Assembly: GCF_006345805.1 (NCBI RefSeq)
Contig: NC_043000.1
Coordinates: 79,484,001-79,548,000, forward strand
Source of the DNA: Octopus sinensis
Lineage: Eukaryota
Direction: 5' to 3'
Length of the DNA: 64,000 bases
Every line of letters starts with the position of its first letter. Positions within the stretch are counted from its first letter, which is position 1. The notes below the pieces were generated by a model that made no database searches, was not told the DNA's origin, and saw only the letters and a list, made by a program, of their open reading frames with translations. This document shows positions 1 to 13,708 of the stretch, piece by piece. Position numbers and translations under genes: made by a program.

Positions 1-3000
1 ACACATGCACAGTTGTAAGTATATATGCAAGTGTGAATATGTGTATGTTTGTGACTCCTTGTAAATATAAATAGGTCACATTCTTTTCACACTTATCTAA
101 CCACCCAGTTTCTGTTCCTCAGTCTTCATTCTTTCCCTTATCTTCACCATGGAGGTATGCTCACACCATCTCTCCCACCCTTTCCATCAGTGGAATCCAT
201 ATATTCACCTTTTTAACATGACACCTGTTCTTATCCTTCTATCATACTTCCAAATCTTTCAATACTATACCCTATTCAGTTGAAGGATCTTGTCTTGTTA
301 AAACTTGGTGACCTCATAGTGCTGCACAGAAAAATGCACCTAGTTCACCTTGTAAAGTGGCTGGCATTAGAAAAGAAATTCAGCTGCAGAAACCATGCCA
401 AAGTAAAGATTAGAGCTTGGTGCATCCCTCTGGCTTGTCAGTTCCTGTCGAACTGCCTGACCCATACCAGTATGGGAAAAGGGACATTAAATGATGATGC
501 AAACACACATATCATGGACTTTTCTGTTGTAGATGCAATTTCTTATATAACAACCTGCACAAATGATGTCAATAGTGATCTAATGTTAGGGTGGTACATT
601 AGCTTACTCCCTCCATCCAATAACATTGCCTGTACAGATGTTGAAGTGATTACAGAGCAATGTGCGATAAAGTGTTTTGTTCAAGAACACAATGTACTGC
701 CCAGTCCAGGAATCAAAACTACTAAGTTACATGCTTTTACACACCCATGTTTCTGAGAATGTGTATGTATTTACTTTTTGGTTAGGCAAACAGGAAAATA
801 GAACAACACATGAGTATATATAAATTCTTTACAATTGATCATCTTACTAGGTCTCTATCTTCTACAGGTTCAATACACACACATGCACACGTGTGCATAT
901 GTGTGTATGCTTGCCTTTATCATTTGCATGCTGATCATAATCAATCACCATACACACAGTGTCAGATGTTTATATTTTTCTGTGAAAAATAATGCCTAGC
1001 TCTTGAGTTGGTCATTGAGGGATAAGTAAATATACTTGCATGGAAACAAGTGAGAGTTAACAAGAAGAATTTCATCAGGCCTTAGAATACTTGCCAAAGA
1101 ATTTTGTCAGACATGTGCAAACATGGAAAAGTATACAATGAAATGATGATGGTGATGATTATATGTGTACCTGTGAGTGTAGTGTGTGTGAGTATATCAT
1201 CATCATTTAATGTCCCTTTCTCCATGCTTGCACGGGTCAGATGGAATTTTTGAGGCAGATTTTTTACAGCTGGATGCCATTCCTGTCACCAACTCCCATC
1301 TGTTTTTAATCAAAGTAATATTCCCCCATGGAAAAGAACACTCTTGCTTGTATGATGATGATGCTCATTTACAACTATCACATGATATCTGATTAAAGGT
1401 GCGCACGCACGCACACACACACACACAACAGGCTTCTTTTAGTTTCTGGCTACCAAATCCACTCATGAGGACTTGGCTAACCCAGAGCTATAACAGAACA
1501 GAAGGTACTTGCCCAAGGTTCTGTGCAATGGGACTGAACCCAAGACCACATGTTGGAAAGCAATGTTTTTATATGCAGCAAAAGGTGGGTGTGGGTATGT
1601 GCACACACAAATAAATGATAGAAAAATAGACAATACATATAGTAGAGTATCAATTTGAAATTGATACTTTGCTATTCAAACTATTTTGAATACATTCACC
1701 TAATTAAATTTGTGTATGAGTGTGTGTGTATAATATGCAGAGATGCCATTCAATTAACAGGCAATTTTTTCAATTACCAAAAAAGTAACTCACATCAGCC
1801 ATTGATATCAATACATACATAACAAAAACACATCTGGAAAACAATGTACATTACTTCTCTTTAGATCTTCCAAGAGAGGGAGACCATTGCCAGTCACACT
1901 AACACTGATAAATACCAAATCAAGGTCAGTGAAAAATTAAAACCAACTGAATAGTAGTAAGATTAGGACTACCTTGCATTTCAAAGTTGACAACTCAATA
2001 GAATTTATTTTGGAGATTGTGAGAAACACCATGGAGAGACTTGCTGAACTATTAACCTCATAGGGATTTTAAAGTATCAAGCTAAGTTAGAGTAGCAACC
2101 AAATTTGCAGCAGTGATTCTACAGGAAGTTTTGAATTATTTGAAAATGCTATCATAGTAATAGTTGAACTACATTGTAGGATTGTAGTAGTGAAAATACA
2201 AAGATGTTGTGTGAAAAAATGAATTAACCCCTTTCTTCCAAGCATTATTTAATAGCAGTTGATTGAAAATTTTATAATAGAAAAATGCCTCCTAATTGAC
2301 TGCAGTTTAACAACCGAGCGAGTTGTAAATTTGGAAAAGAATCATCAATGCTAACAATGACTGTTTGCCTCATGTTTTAACAAAATATTAATTAACAGAT
2401 AAGAGATAAAAAAATAATTACAACTTTAATATTAAAAATGTAATGTAGGGTGGTTAATTTTGTTTTGCTAGTGTATAATTCTAATATTTGGTAAAAGTAA
2501 AGATTTTAAAAAAAGTATTAGGAGAAAAGAAAACAGACAATCCTATGACTGAAAAAAACCCAAAAAAACCCCAACAATATCATATTCATACTCGAAAAAC
2601 AAATGATGTCATTTCCCATTTAAAAAAAGGGGACGTTAGTGTAAATAAAAAGCCCTTCTTCTGAGTGAACCACTATTTCACCCAAAAGGATGTGAGATAA
2701 ATGATAAGGAATATGGATTATCAAAACAACTTGCATATTCATAGAACATTAATGGAAGTTCAGTTACATTTTTGAAGAATAACTGAAACACACAGGAAGT
2801 GGACGGTTTTTCATTTTGAAATATTTAAAAGATGGAAGTTATGATGAGTTTGGGAAGGAGAAAATGGTGTTGGTTACATAGTACAAACTATTAAAGTAAA
2901 GAATTCAATTTAAAAAAACGAGAAAGATACTGAAAAAAAATTTGCAGTAAAACAAACCAACTTACAAAGCTTGTTATCAATTAATTTTAATTTCTGTGAA

Positions 3001-4193
3001 AGTATGATGCACCTGAATATCTCCCATACACAATATTGTGTATGTGCTTACATAATGTTTGCATAAATATACACACATATGTATGCATATACATGTAGTT
3101 GCTTCAGAGATGTACAGCTGCTATAACCTGATTACAGATTCATATTTGTAACTGTAACTACTTATATATTTGGTTATATTACAAATATTGCTTACTTGGA
3201 CAGTATGAACAAATCAAACAAAAGCCTTATGTTGTGGCCATTTTATCTGATAGGAGACAGACAGTAAAAATATGCAAGACATTTTTAACATTTAGGATGC
3301 GATTTCATATAGTTTTTGATATATTAACAACTAAGTTTGGTTTCTATGTTAAAGACAGGTTTCTTTTATAATAGATGTATTTAAAGTGTAAAAGACAGAC
3401 ATATTTATATAATGTGCTGAATGTGTGTGTTTGTGTATCTGTTCATGTCCATGCTTACCAGTGTCACAAAACCATTTTTTGTATCGAGGAGTGGTGAAGC
3501 TTATTTAATGAATTCACTACCAATTACACAAAGTTGCAATGCATGTAGATGTTACTAGCACATCAAAGTGATGGGTCCTTGTAGTGTGTTATTAATATAG
3601 CTAGTTCGCTCCAGACCAAATTCTTATCCTCACAAAGGGATCTGTCCCAAATGATGGAAAGAAGAAGAGTAATCTCTCTGATCCTGTGAACCTTTCAAAG
3701 ATAATCAAAGATAATGAAAACAGTTGTAACCAACTACCTGCTTCATTCCCTTAACTCTCTCTTCCTCCTCAGTATGATATCCACAGAGCCACAACTATTA
3801 ATAACTTGCTGTACATTACACACCAGACACCGACCCCTGAGAACTTTTGATTAAAGTAAGGTTGTTATCTGCGTTTGTTTGACATGACAATCTCCAAGCA
3901 ATACTCTTCAGAAACCTCAAGTTTCTAGCATCCCTAGAAAACTAATAAATGTTTAATTGGCAAACAATTCCTCATATGGGTGTGGTCAAAGAAGTGTTGG
4001 ATCTCTGGTCACATTATATACACTCTCTGTGTACCATGGCAGTAGACATGATCTTTATATTAGGTCACGTCTATATACATTCCTGTGCCCCATACACAGA
4101 CCCTAAACACATGCAATAAATGATTATATCTTGATACAGACACGACACTGGCTATACTTGCAGGTTTTTTTGATAAAGTTTTCAGAAATAGCC

Positions 4194-4579
4194 CAATAAG
4201 TTTACCATTAATTCCAGGAAATATTCATGGGTTCTGCTAGTCTATATAAATGTGTTGGTACCATGGAAGTAGACATGATCTCTGACACTCATATATGCAA
4301 AGTTTTACTATTTACATCAATATATGCCCCAGAGTACCATGGTAGAAGTTTTCCTCTCTGACACTCACATATGTCAGCCTCACAGTCAATAAGTTTACCA
4401 TTAATTCCATGAAATATTCATGGGTTCTGCTAGTCTATATAAACATGTTAGTACAATGGAAGTAGACATGATCTTTGACTCTCATATATGCAAGGTTTTA
4501 CTATTTACATCAATATATTCCCCAGAGTACCGTGGTAGAAGTTTTCCTCTCTGACACTCACATATGTCAACCTCACAGT
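4194..4579. repeat. Tandem duplication, 2 x 193 bp
   Basis: caataagtttaccattaattcc...cctcacagt starts at 4194 and again at 4387, with a few substitutions. The first part also resembles a dispersed repeat at about 27170-27245. Confidence 0.9.
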
Positions 4580-5520
4580 TACATCAGTATACTATGATAG
4601 TTGATATAATCTTGAACATTTTATAATAGATGTTTCAGATTTGATTTTGGCTATTTTACTTAAGCTGCTACATAAATAGTAGGGAGAGAATGCTCATAGG
4701 CATCTCATCGCTTCTTTCCCTGAGATATAGTAAAGAAAAACAAAAATCCCTCATTAGGGTTATAAGTGCTATATTGGGATGAAAATCCTCCATTTTATTC
4801 CTGTTCTGATATCCACTGCTTCATATAATTTCCTCACATCACCAGATGCCTCTGATATATTTCAGACTTCAAATGTTTGTGGCACAAATGTACTTAGCAA
4901 TAACATTATCCATGCATTTTGATATAAGTCTTACTATTTATACGTGATACTTGGCTGAGGTATTTTATAACTACAGTGCAGAAATAGAGAAATTCACTTA
5001 TAGAGCATGTAACTGTCTTTACCATAAATAAGCATAAACGTCTGAGATGAAGATTAAGCAAAACTGACTCAGTCTTGAACACTTCTCAGGTAGGTGGGCT
5101 ATCACCTTCATTCAGTTAATGTACTGGCTTCACACTTTCTCATCATACCTAGTGTCTCCATCCAAATCTCTAACATTCTTTCCAAGAATTGTAGCCCTTA
5201 GATATTAAACTATACAAGTCTCAGCTGAACAACCACATCACTCTCATTAGGATGGGAAGATAGAGATGCTCACTAACCCTCCTATTCCAACAAAAAATAT
5301 AACAATTTCTTGATTTGGACACAAAACTTTTTATCTGTTTGACTTTAGTATATTCATAAATACTTGTTATCAAGTATTTATGTTATGGAAAGGTGAAAAG
5401 TATTATTGTGTAAAGAAATTTGGTAGACAACTATGTTGATTCAGACTCAGAACTATAGTGGCAATTTAGACACAATAGTCTTGAATCTTGAACAGTACAC
5501 TTAACTCATTGCCTGATTAA

Positions 5521-5730
5521 CCCATTAGTATTCAGATTATTCTGTTGAATACAATATATATTTATTTACGTTGTTTTCAATTTGTCATGCATTATCTCAC
5601 AGCTTTAAAATTTTGATGATCTGGCTGTTTAGTTTGAGAATGACATTGTTAGGTGGGTGTAAGAGGTTGGATTTGGCTAGTTTGAATATAAAATAGGTAG
5701 AATATTTGAGCCGGATATGGTTGGTTTCAA
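5521..5730. mobile_element. piggyBac-type MITE, one end degraded
   Basis: TTAA (5517-5520) followed by cccattagtattc, which matches the terminus ccctttagtattc of the piggyBac remnant at 63722. Internal homology to 63580-63690. Confidence 0.7.
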
Positions 5731-5800
5731 CATCACCATCTGGCTGCTAACAGTCATGAAAGCACTGAAAAGAGTCTTGGCCATAATTATTAGTCTTTTG

Positions 5801-5964
5801 ACAGGTGTGGCTGTGTGGTAAGAAGCTTGCTTCCCAACCACATGGTTCCAGGTTCAGTCCCACTGCATGACACCCTGGGCAAGTGTCTTCTACTATAGCC
5901 TTGGGCCAACCAAAGCCTTGAGTGGATTTGGTAAATGGAAACTGAAAGAAGCCGATCATGTGTG

Positions 5965-5995
<31 letters not shown>

Positions 5996-6208
5996 GTGTG
6001 TGTGTGTGTACATTTATGTCTCTGAGTCTGTGTTTGTACCACCACCATCACTTGACAACTGATGATGGCAAAAGAGAAAACAGAATAAGTACCAGGCTTA
6101 CAAAGAGCAAGTCCTGGGGTTGATTTCTTTGACTAAAAAACCCTTTAAGGTAGTGCTCCAGCATGGCTGTAGTCAAATGACTGAAACAAGTAAAAGAATA
6201 AAAGAATA
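5801..6208 (+). mobile_element. tRNA-derived SINE (family A)
   Basis: A-box-like tggctgtgtgg, B-box-like ggttcagtccc, an internal TA/TG microsatellite and the tail gactgaaacaagtaaaagaata. Homologous copies at 27957 and 58133. Confidence 0.85.
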
Positions 6209-9200
6209 TATAAAAAAGATGGACCACTTCTAGATTTCAATTTTGAACTCTGATATACTGAACTACTGTAAGTTGCAAACCTTGCAGCAGGTTGACATCT
6301 AGCCAAATACAAACACATAACAAAATAAAATGTGTTGACTGTCAACCATAGTTACTATGCTATAGTTACCAAGGTCATTATGACAACAGAAACTTAACTG
6401 CTTAGTATAAATGACATTAGAATTTAGCAAAGGCTCATTAAGCATTTAAGAAATCTGTCATTAGTAAATGGGAGAGTATGGAAATTAAGAGATGACCTAA
6501 ATATTGAAATAATACCCTCAAGCATGGAATTAGTGATAAAATTTTGAGATTTTCCTATGAGATTGAAAATATTTAATCTGCAATAAGTCAAACCCTTTAC
6601 TTTGGTTAACAGCAGCATTATAGTAAGCAACAAAGATATGACAGAATGACATCAAGAAAAATTGGCCCAGATATCTATAATGTTTTGCTGATTAAGAATA
6701 GACTGGTTTTAAATTAGATTTAACCTAATTATGGACAGTGTTCCAGATGTGGGCTTAAAAGGTTGAAAAGATAATGCTGATACAAGCATAATACAAAAGA
6801 CTCTTTTAAAAGACAACATGAATATAAGAAAACTAATTAAAAGGACAGTGTTTGTAAATTGTCATCAATACAGTACTGTGTCCATGGTTGAGATGCTCAA
6901 CACTTATTGATCTGGTTTGTCTAGATATAAATATATACAATAGTGTAAATAAGGCACACACAGTCCAATTAGTGCTTTGTTAGCTTGTTATGCTGATATT
7001 AAATCCTCAATGATGTCTTAAGGTAAACTTAGTAAAGATGAAGGTTTTAGAAAGCAGGAAAAAAGACGGAACCCTGATATCTTCAGGGAAATGATCTTAG
7101 TTGATATGCAGAAAAGGAGTAGGTATAAACTTCATAAACTGCACCCAATGTCAGCTATGGACATTCAAGAGATGTAGAGGAATCACAAGCAGCAAACATA
7201 AGCTTCATATGAGATAAATGCACTGGAGCATCTCTCTCATATGAAGTATCCTTTTTTATACTTTATTAGTGATTTTCCAAAGTTGAATTTTTTTAATTTG
7301 TTGCCGAGTCAAGTGTGAAACAATAGTTATTTCAGAGGTTACGAATGAATTTGAAATCTCAAGAGTAGCATCTCAGCATTTTATGTATAAATGTTCTAAG
7401 TGGTATCTATAAGACTACCACACCTGTTGCCAATGTCAAGAAAACATGCTCAGTAGAGAACCAACAGAATAGGAATAATAAAATTTGATTGTCTTCCAAC
7501 AAGATAAAACAGGTGAGGAAGTAAGGGAAAATATTCAAGAATTTAATAGAAATAATACTAGTAGCCTTTTGGACAGATTACAGAGAAAAACAAAAACAAT
7601 GAAAAATCCCATAAAACCACCATAAACCTGTGTATAAGAAATGTTGATACTATAACAGCAATAATCAGATGGAAATGCATATTTGTTTGTTTAATGTCCA
7701 TTTTCCCATGTTATAGATTTAAATGGTTGTTTGAAGTTGGATTTTACAGTCAACTATTCTTCTTGTCACCAACCCTCACCTTTTTTTCAAGTGAAGGACT
7801 TCTTTATTACACAGACATTCAAAAATGCAAATCAACCAATCATAATATCAACAAAGAACATAATCACTGTTTTGCTCAAGTGGTGACAGCATGGAAATAT
7901 AATCATGCACATACATTTGCAAACAAATGATGTGCTTCCTGCAGTTTTATTTATCAAAATCCCTTACAAAAAATTGATTGCTCCAGGGTTACAGTAGAAG
8001 ATATGCCCACAATACTGTGCAGTGGGAACAAACCAAAAATCACATGGTTAAGAAGTAAACTACTGAGCCACATAATAATATCTGTGTCTATTACAAATGA
8101 GAATTTCTGAATAAAACTGAACACATTGACTATAGCCCTTTATTTTGAAATAAGTTTTAAAATGTGTATTTTTTAAAAGTAAAAATAATATAAAGAATCT
8201 TATTTTTTTGCCAAACTTTTATTATAGGTAGAATGTTTTATATTTATTAAAAATACATTGAAAACAGTTCATAGCCAATGTAAGTATTTTGGAATTTGGA
8301 AATTATCCAATATTGAAAGGTTAGCTAAAAGATTTCATAGAATACCTCCCACCCAACAGCTGTAATAGATATTCCTCATGATTATTTCATAATAATTACC
8401 TTGTATACATACATCTACTTTTAATTGTAAGTGTAGATAGATAGGTAGGCTATGACCTGGATTGTTTCATAATCAGCTACAATTGTATGGTAGTACTACA
8501 ACGTATGGTAGTTCCAGTTGCCATGACTACAAATATTATCAGTGAGAAGTGGGGAATTTGAAAAAAAAAAATCACCATACTGCAGGAATGTTCATAAATA
8601 ATCATTTAACTTCCATACTCAAGTCCTCTGGATCAAAATGTTTTGAAATATTTTTAAAATGAACATTTGTCTCCCCTTATTTCTCTTCCTCTGGTGATGT
8701 CACAGAAACCTTTCCTCTAGGCAAATATATTTGACATGAACACTTCAATATCATTCACTATTAGTCAGCCAATCTTCATAAAAAAATTGTCTAATAAGAA
8801 AAAAAACCTTTTGATTCTGCAAAATATATTTCATATTAATTAATAACACTTAAACCCCATAATTAAGTGAGGCTTATTTAACATGCTCAAAAATCACAGT
8901 TTTATTTATTCCAGTCATGATTAAATAATAGGCTTTTCCTTACATCAGTTTTTGACTCTTACGTTTTCTTTGATATTCCTTTCTGTAAATATGCAATGGA
9001 TCATAGTAAGGAGTACATTTAGCTGTTAAAAACCTTTATTCCATTAACAATTCTTGGGTGCTTTTAATAAAGTCAACTACTGTAAGCATACAGGTCACAT
9101 CTCCAGTTGAGAAAAACTTTGTCCCACCTTCAGAGGCCTCTAACAATTATAGGTGCTGTCTCCCCTTCTCTTAAATGAGAAAAAAATTGCAGTAGTACTC

Positions 9201-9982
9201 AGAATGTCAATGCAGTTTTGTATCTCTACAATCTATTAGATATAGTTATAGGCAAAGCTGTAAAAACTGATGCAAACCAAAATTTCTCAAATGAAATAAG
9301 GAAAAATGATATATGGTTTAGAGAGTAGAATGTTTGAGAGATTAGTGAAAAGTTTAGGATAGATTGATGACAATGTTAAAAGAGGACTGATTATAATTTT
9401 CATATGAAACAAGGACCGATCAAGATTCTAAATGCTGTTAAAAAACTAAGGAAGTCAATCAGGAGTTAGATATTTCTAAATAACTCAATAAATTAGCAAT
9501 ACTAACAAGAATTAAAAAAATAAAATTGAATGTCTTAGACAAAACTCTTTGAAAGTAAAGTCTCATATTACTGTCAATCCAGGGAATAGTTTTATGTTGA
9601 TTCACAACAATTTGATAGAACCTGACTAATTGTTTAGCTCCATGTCAATCTTGATTAAGTAGACATATGATCCAGTACCCCCATCCTGGTTTTCATATAT
9701 TTAGTGTATCTAAGATTACATTAGCTGGTAGGGAGTAATCCAAGTGGGTTTTTGCTGTTATTTCTAGTAGAATGAGCAACTATGTATACAAGCAAAGTAG
9801 AATGGCTCATCAAGCAGATTTGGGCCAATTAAAAAGTAAAGGTTATTTCTACCAATAAGTATAACATGCAGCAAAGGTAGAAAACAGAGACTATATGTAA
9901 TGTTTAGTGCTGAACATAGCAAGGCAGATACAGAGTGGGTGGCATGGAGTAGAAAGTGAACTATTTTAAGTGAAGATAGATA

Positions 9983-10115
9983 AGCACAGGTGTAGCTGTG
10001 AGGTTTAGGAGCTTGCTTCCCAATGCAACTGTATGGTCTTCAGTTCAGTCTCATTGTGTGGCACTTTGGGCAGGTCCCTTTTACTTACAGCTCCAGGCTG
10101 ACCAAAGCTTTGTGA
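9983..10115 (+). mobile_element. SINE family A, diverged 5' fragment
   Basis: gcacaggtgtagctgtg...cagttcagtctcattgtgtggcactttgggca...accaaagctttgtga aligns to the 5' part of the 5801 copy. Confidence 0.65.
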
Positions 10116-10176
10116 AAAAAGTACCTGAATGAATTCTGTCTGACCCATGCAAGCATGGAAAAGTAGACATTAAAAG

Positions 10177-10209
<33 letters not shown>

Positions 10210-10215
<6 letters not shown>

Positions 10216-11085
10216 AAAGGGCTTAGTAAAATAAATTACTTTGCCGCATACTGAACTCGTTAGAAATAGCAGCTAAAAAAACTATTTCTAACACTTAAAG
10301 AAAACCTCTCTCATATAGTGTTTGCTCAATTCAACTCAAGAAAATATGAGGGTAGAGACATTAAAAAATCAAATGCAAAGGTTATTTGAGTACGTACGTT
10401 TCAAGATTAGCCAAAATCGACCCTTCTCTCATCAGCTCAGAATGCCCTTGTTTGAGTTTGAAAACACTGAAAATGGGAGCATACCCTTTCGGCTTGATAT
10501 CGCTTCTGAAGATCTGCTCCAAACTAACAGTGCTAGCTAACTCAAATATGCAAGAGAAAAATTTCTGTTCTCCCCTTTCCACCAGCGTGGGTTAAAATCA
10601 GCAAACACTAATTTTACCCTCAATTGTTGAAATTATAATTCATCTCTCTCTACTTAATTGTCTCGGATTTTACCGAAAAAAGCATAGTGTTTGCTGATTT
10701 TAACCCACGCTGGTGGAAAGGGGAGAACAGAAATTTTTCTCTTGCATATTTGAGTTAGCTAGCACTGTTAGTTTGGAGCAGATCTTCAGAAGCGATATCA
10801 AGCCGAAAGGGTATGCTCCCATTTTCAGTGTTTTCAAACTCAAACAAGGGCATTCTGAGCTGATGAGAGAAGGGTCGATTTTGGCTAATCTTGAAACGTA
10901 CGTACTCAAATAACCTTTGCATTTGATTTTTTAATGTCTCTACCCTCATATTTTCTTGAGTTGAATTGAGCAAACACTATATGAGAGAGGTTTTCTTTAA
11001 GTGTTAGAAATAGTTTTTTTAGCTGCTATTTCTAACGAGTTCAGTATGCGGCAAAGTAATTTATTTTACTAAGCCCTTTTATATA
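10210..11085. repeat. Long inverted repeat (401-bp arms, 74-bp spacer); probable long-TIR non-autonomous DNA transposon or foldback element
   Basis: 10210..10610 is the reverse complement of 10685..11085. The ORF track gives identical peptides in mirrored coordinates (start+end sum 21295). The left arm begins inside a (TA)n run. Confidence 0.92.
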
Positions 11086-11179
11086 ATGTAATAATTTGAA
11101 TTTGCCTTAAATGGTCCCTTTGCATACTGAATACTTGGTGAAATTGATTAATTAATTAATTAATTTTACCCTCAATTGT

Positions 11180-11223
<44 letters not shown>

Positions 11224-11237
11224 AAAATGATATATAT

Positions 11238-11527
11238 CCATCCGATTGTGGCCTTTGCCAGCCCTGCCAGGCCCCCATGCCGGTGGCATGTAAAAAGCAC
11301 CATCCGATCGTGGCCGTTTGCCAGCCTCGTCTGGCACCTGTGCCGGTGGCACGTAAAAAGCACCCACTACACTCACGGAGTGGTTGGCGTTAGGAAGGGC
11401 ATCCAGCCGTAGAAACATTGCCAGATCAGACTGGGCCTGGTGCAGCCTTCTGGCTTCCCAGACCCCATTTGAACCGTCCAACCCATGCTAGCATGGAAAG
11501 CGGATGCTAAGCGAAGATGATGATGAT
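11238..11527 (+). mobile_element. RTE-LINE 3' end / tail element with (GAT)n tail
   Basis: gtgccggtggcacgtaaaaagcaccc...ccaacccatgctagcatggaaagcggatg...gatgatgatgat; reverse complement of the copies at 21905, 35505 and 60285. Confidence 0.8.
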
Positions 11528-13589
11528 ATCATCATCACTTAATGCTCGCCTTCCATGCTAGCATGGGTGGGAATATATATATATTACAAAGCTTTGCAGA
11601 AATTAGTGAAAATTCTAATCAATGTACATCATGTTCTCAACGTACTTCAGAAGTCAGTCCATAACAGGTCCTATATTGCTTCTTATACCGATTCACATGA
11701 AATTAATATATTTAATATTTAGTTTGCATTGTTGGAGACTAGACTTTTGAATGACCACATGACTGATGAAGATTTAGTTGATATAGGGTAAAAGCTTAAT
11801 AAAGAGTGGATTGGTATATCTTGGTTGTGAATTATATATAGCATGAAAGAATGAAAGTTACATAATTGGGGATGATGTTATAAAAGTACGTTGATAAATA
11901 CAGAGCTTGTTAGGTAAAGGTAGAGTAACAAAGGAGAAGATATAACTGAATGATGAGCAAAGAAATAAAATGCAGTGGATGAATGTATAAGTAAGGTGCT
12001 TCTTTCATATAAACTATTCAGAAAACTATTACAGATCTCAAATTTAGTGTCACCAAAGTGTTTTAAATACAATAAAGGTCTCAGAAAATGTAAACAATGA
12101 GCATATGAGGAAAATGAAGAAAAAAGATAAACAAGAACATGGCAGGAAATAGGTTAGGGTAAAATAAAAACTTTGAGTAGGTATTTCTTAGAAAAGAGAC
12201 AGAGTGGCACCAAAGTGAAGCAGGAAAAAAAAGTTGAGTTTATAGAGTAACAAGCAGAATCGAGGTAGTAACTGTACACAAATAATAATTACCTTTATCA
12301 TATAAATGGCTAGAGAAAAGCATCAACCATCCCTGTGTTCAAACAAGAATTAGGTACATCTTTGAGGTCATGTACAGAAGTGTTCAAGGTTAACAAGGAT
12401 GTTTGTTCTGAGTTCAATTTTGCCTTTTATCTTTTTGGGGTTGATAAAATAGAAATGTTAGTCAAGTACTGAGGTTGATAGTATTAATTTATCCCCTCCT
12501 CTCAAACTTGAACCCTTTGTAACTTTCGTCCTGTGTTTTGTCCCTTTATGTTTTAATTAATTTTTGTCAGCCCTTGTGGCCAATAAACGAATTAATTATT
12601 ATTATTATTATTATTATTATTATGTAGTAGTAGTGGTAGTGGTGGTGGTGGTGGCGATATGATTCAAGTGAACAAAAGTATATAAATCAGAGGATGCTGG
12701 ATTGTATTTTATGTGTTGACTATGGGAAACAAAAACTAAAAAAATTTTCTTAACTTTTAATTGCTAAAGTAACAAACATTTTATGTAAGTTCCTCACAAT
12801 AAATGTATCGAAATTATTAGAGCAATAAGTACACTCTTTTAAAAAGCCATTTGAAATTATTCTTGAATAAAATGAAAAATATATTATCACTGGTTAATGA
12901 TTGGTGCCCTCTATTAAGTAATTTAGACTGTCACCAATACTTAATAGTCTGATAAACTCTTACATAATAATGGTCTCAGCTGTAACAGTCAATCACTTTA
13001 GTAAGTAAAATTTTATGTGACTGTTCTAAATATTTTATCTTTAATTCACTGAATTACATCTCATTTCAACTATATCACATTCACATTGTATGTTTTAGCA
13101 GAAGTGCCAATTCCCTTTCTCTAAGTGTTCAGCACCCAAGTTCATCCGCTTTTTTGAAGTAAATAAGGAATAAAAAAAATTAATGAAAACCTAAAACATA
13201 ACTGTGAGATTTAATGAGCATTCCATACAACATAACATTTACTACTAATCATAACTAGGCATATTCCTTCGAAAAGATGCAACATTATATAGGGACATTT
13301 CATAATGTCTGTAGAAGAAAAATGTACAAAAAAGCATGAATAAACAGCAAATCAATTTTTGTTGCAGGAAAACTGTACAAAAGAATAATTAGATAACAAA
13401 TATTTTAACACTTCAAAGACTAAATGATTATTTTAGATTTTCTGTTGTGATGAAATTTAGCTAAATTTGAATGTATTTAATGACATTTTCTCTCTTGTCC
13501 AAAGAGTGAAAAAAACCTTGTTCTTGAAGGAATTCTTTGTGATGAATCAAAATAATGTAACATTTCTCCATCAGATCAGGTTTTTGCAT

Positions 13590-13708
13590 GGCAAGGGAGA
13601 TCCAGGAAGACATGGGACAAAATATTGAAGGCTGATCTTAAGATGCTGAGATTTATGAGGATGACAAAGAATCGCGATATCTGGCACCTTACTGTACTCA
13701 AGAAGACC
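13590..13708 (+). mobile_element. RTE LINE ORF C-terminal fragment
   Basis: Translates as GKGRSRKTWDKILKADLKMLRFMRMTKNRDIWHLTVLKKT, the GRGRPRKTW...DL motif also seen at 36160-36290. Confidence 0.55.

Noticed and set aside
280-756. 158-aa ORF; similarly the 159-aa ORF at 14151..14630 and the 170-aa ORF at 36941..37453
   Set aside because: They run through repeat-tail or SINE fragments and AT-rich DNA, use non-ATG or weak starts, and show no family motifs.
10322-10973. Three pairs of identical 66-72 aa ORFs on opposite strands
   Set aside because: They are identical only because of the inverted repeat. No recognisable motifs or splice context.
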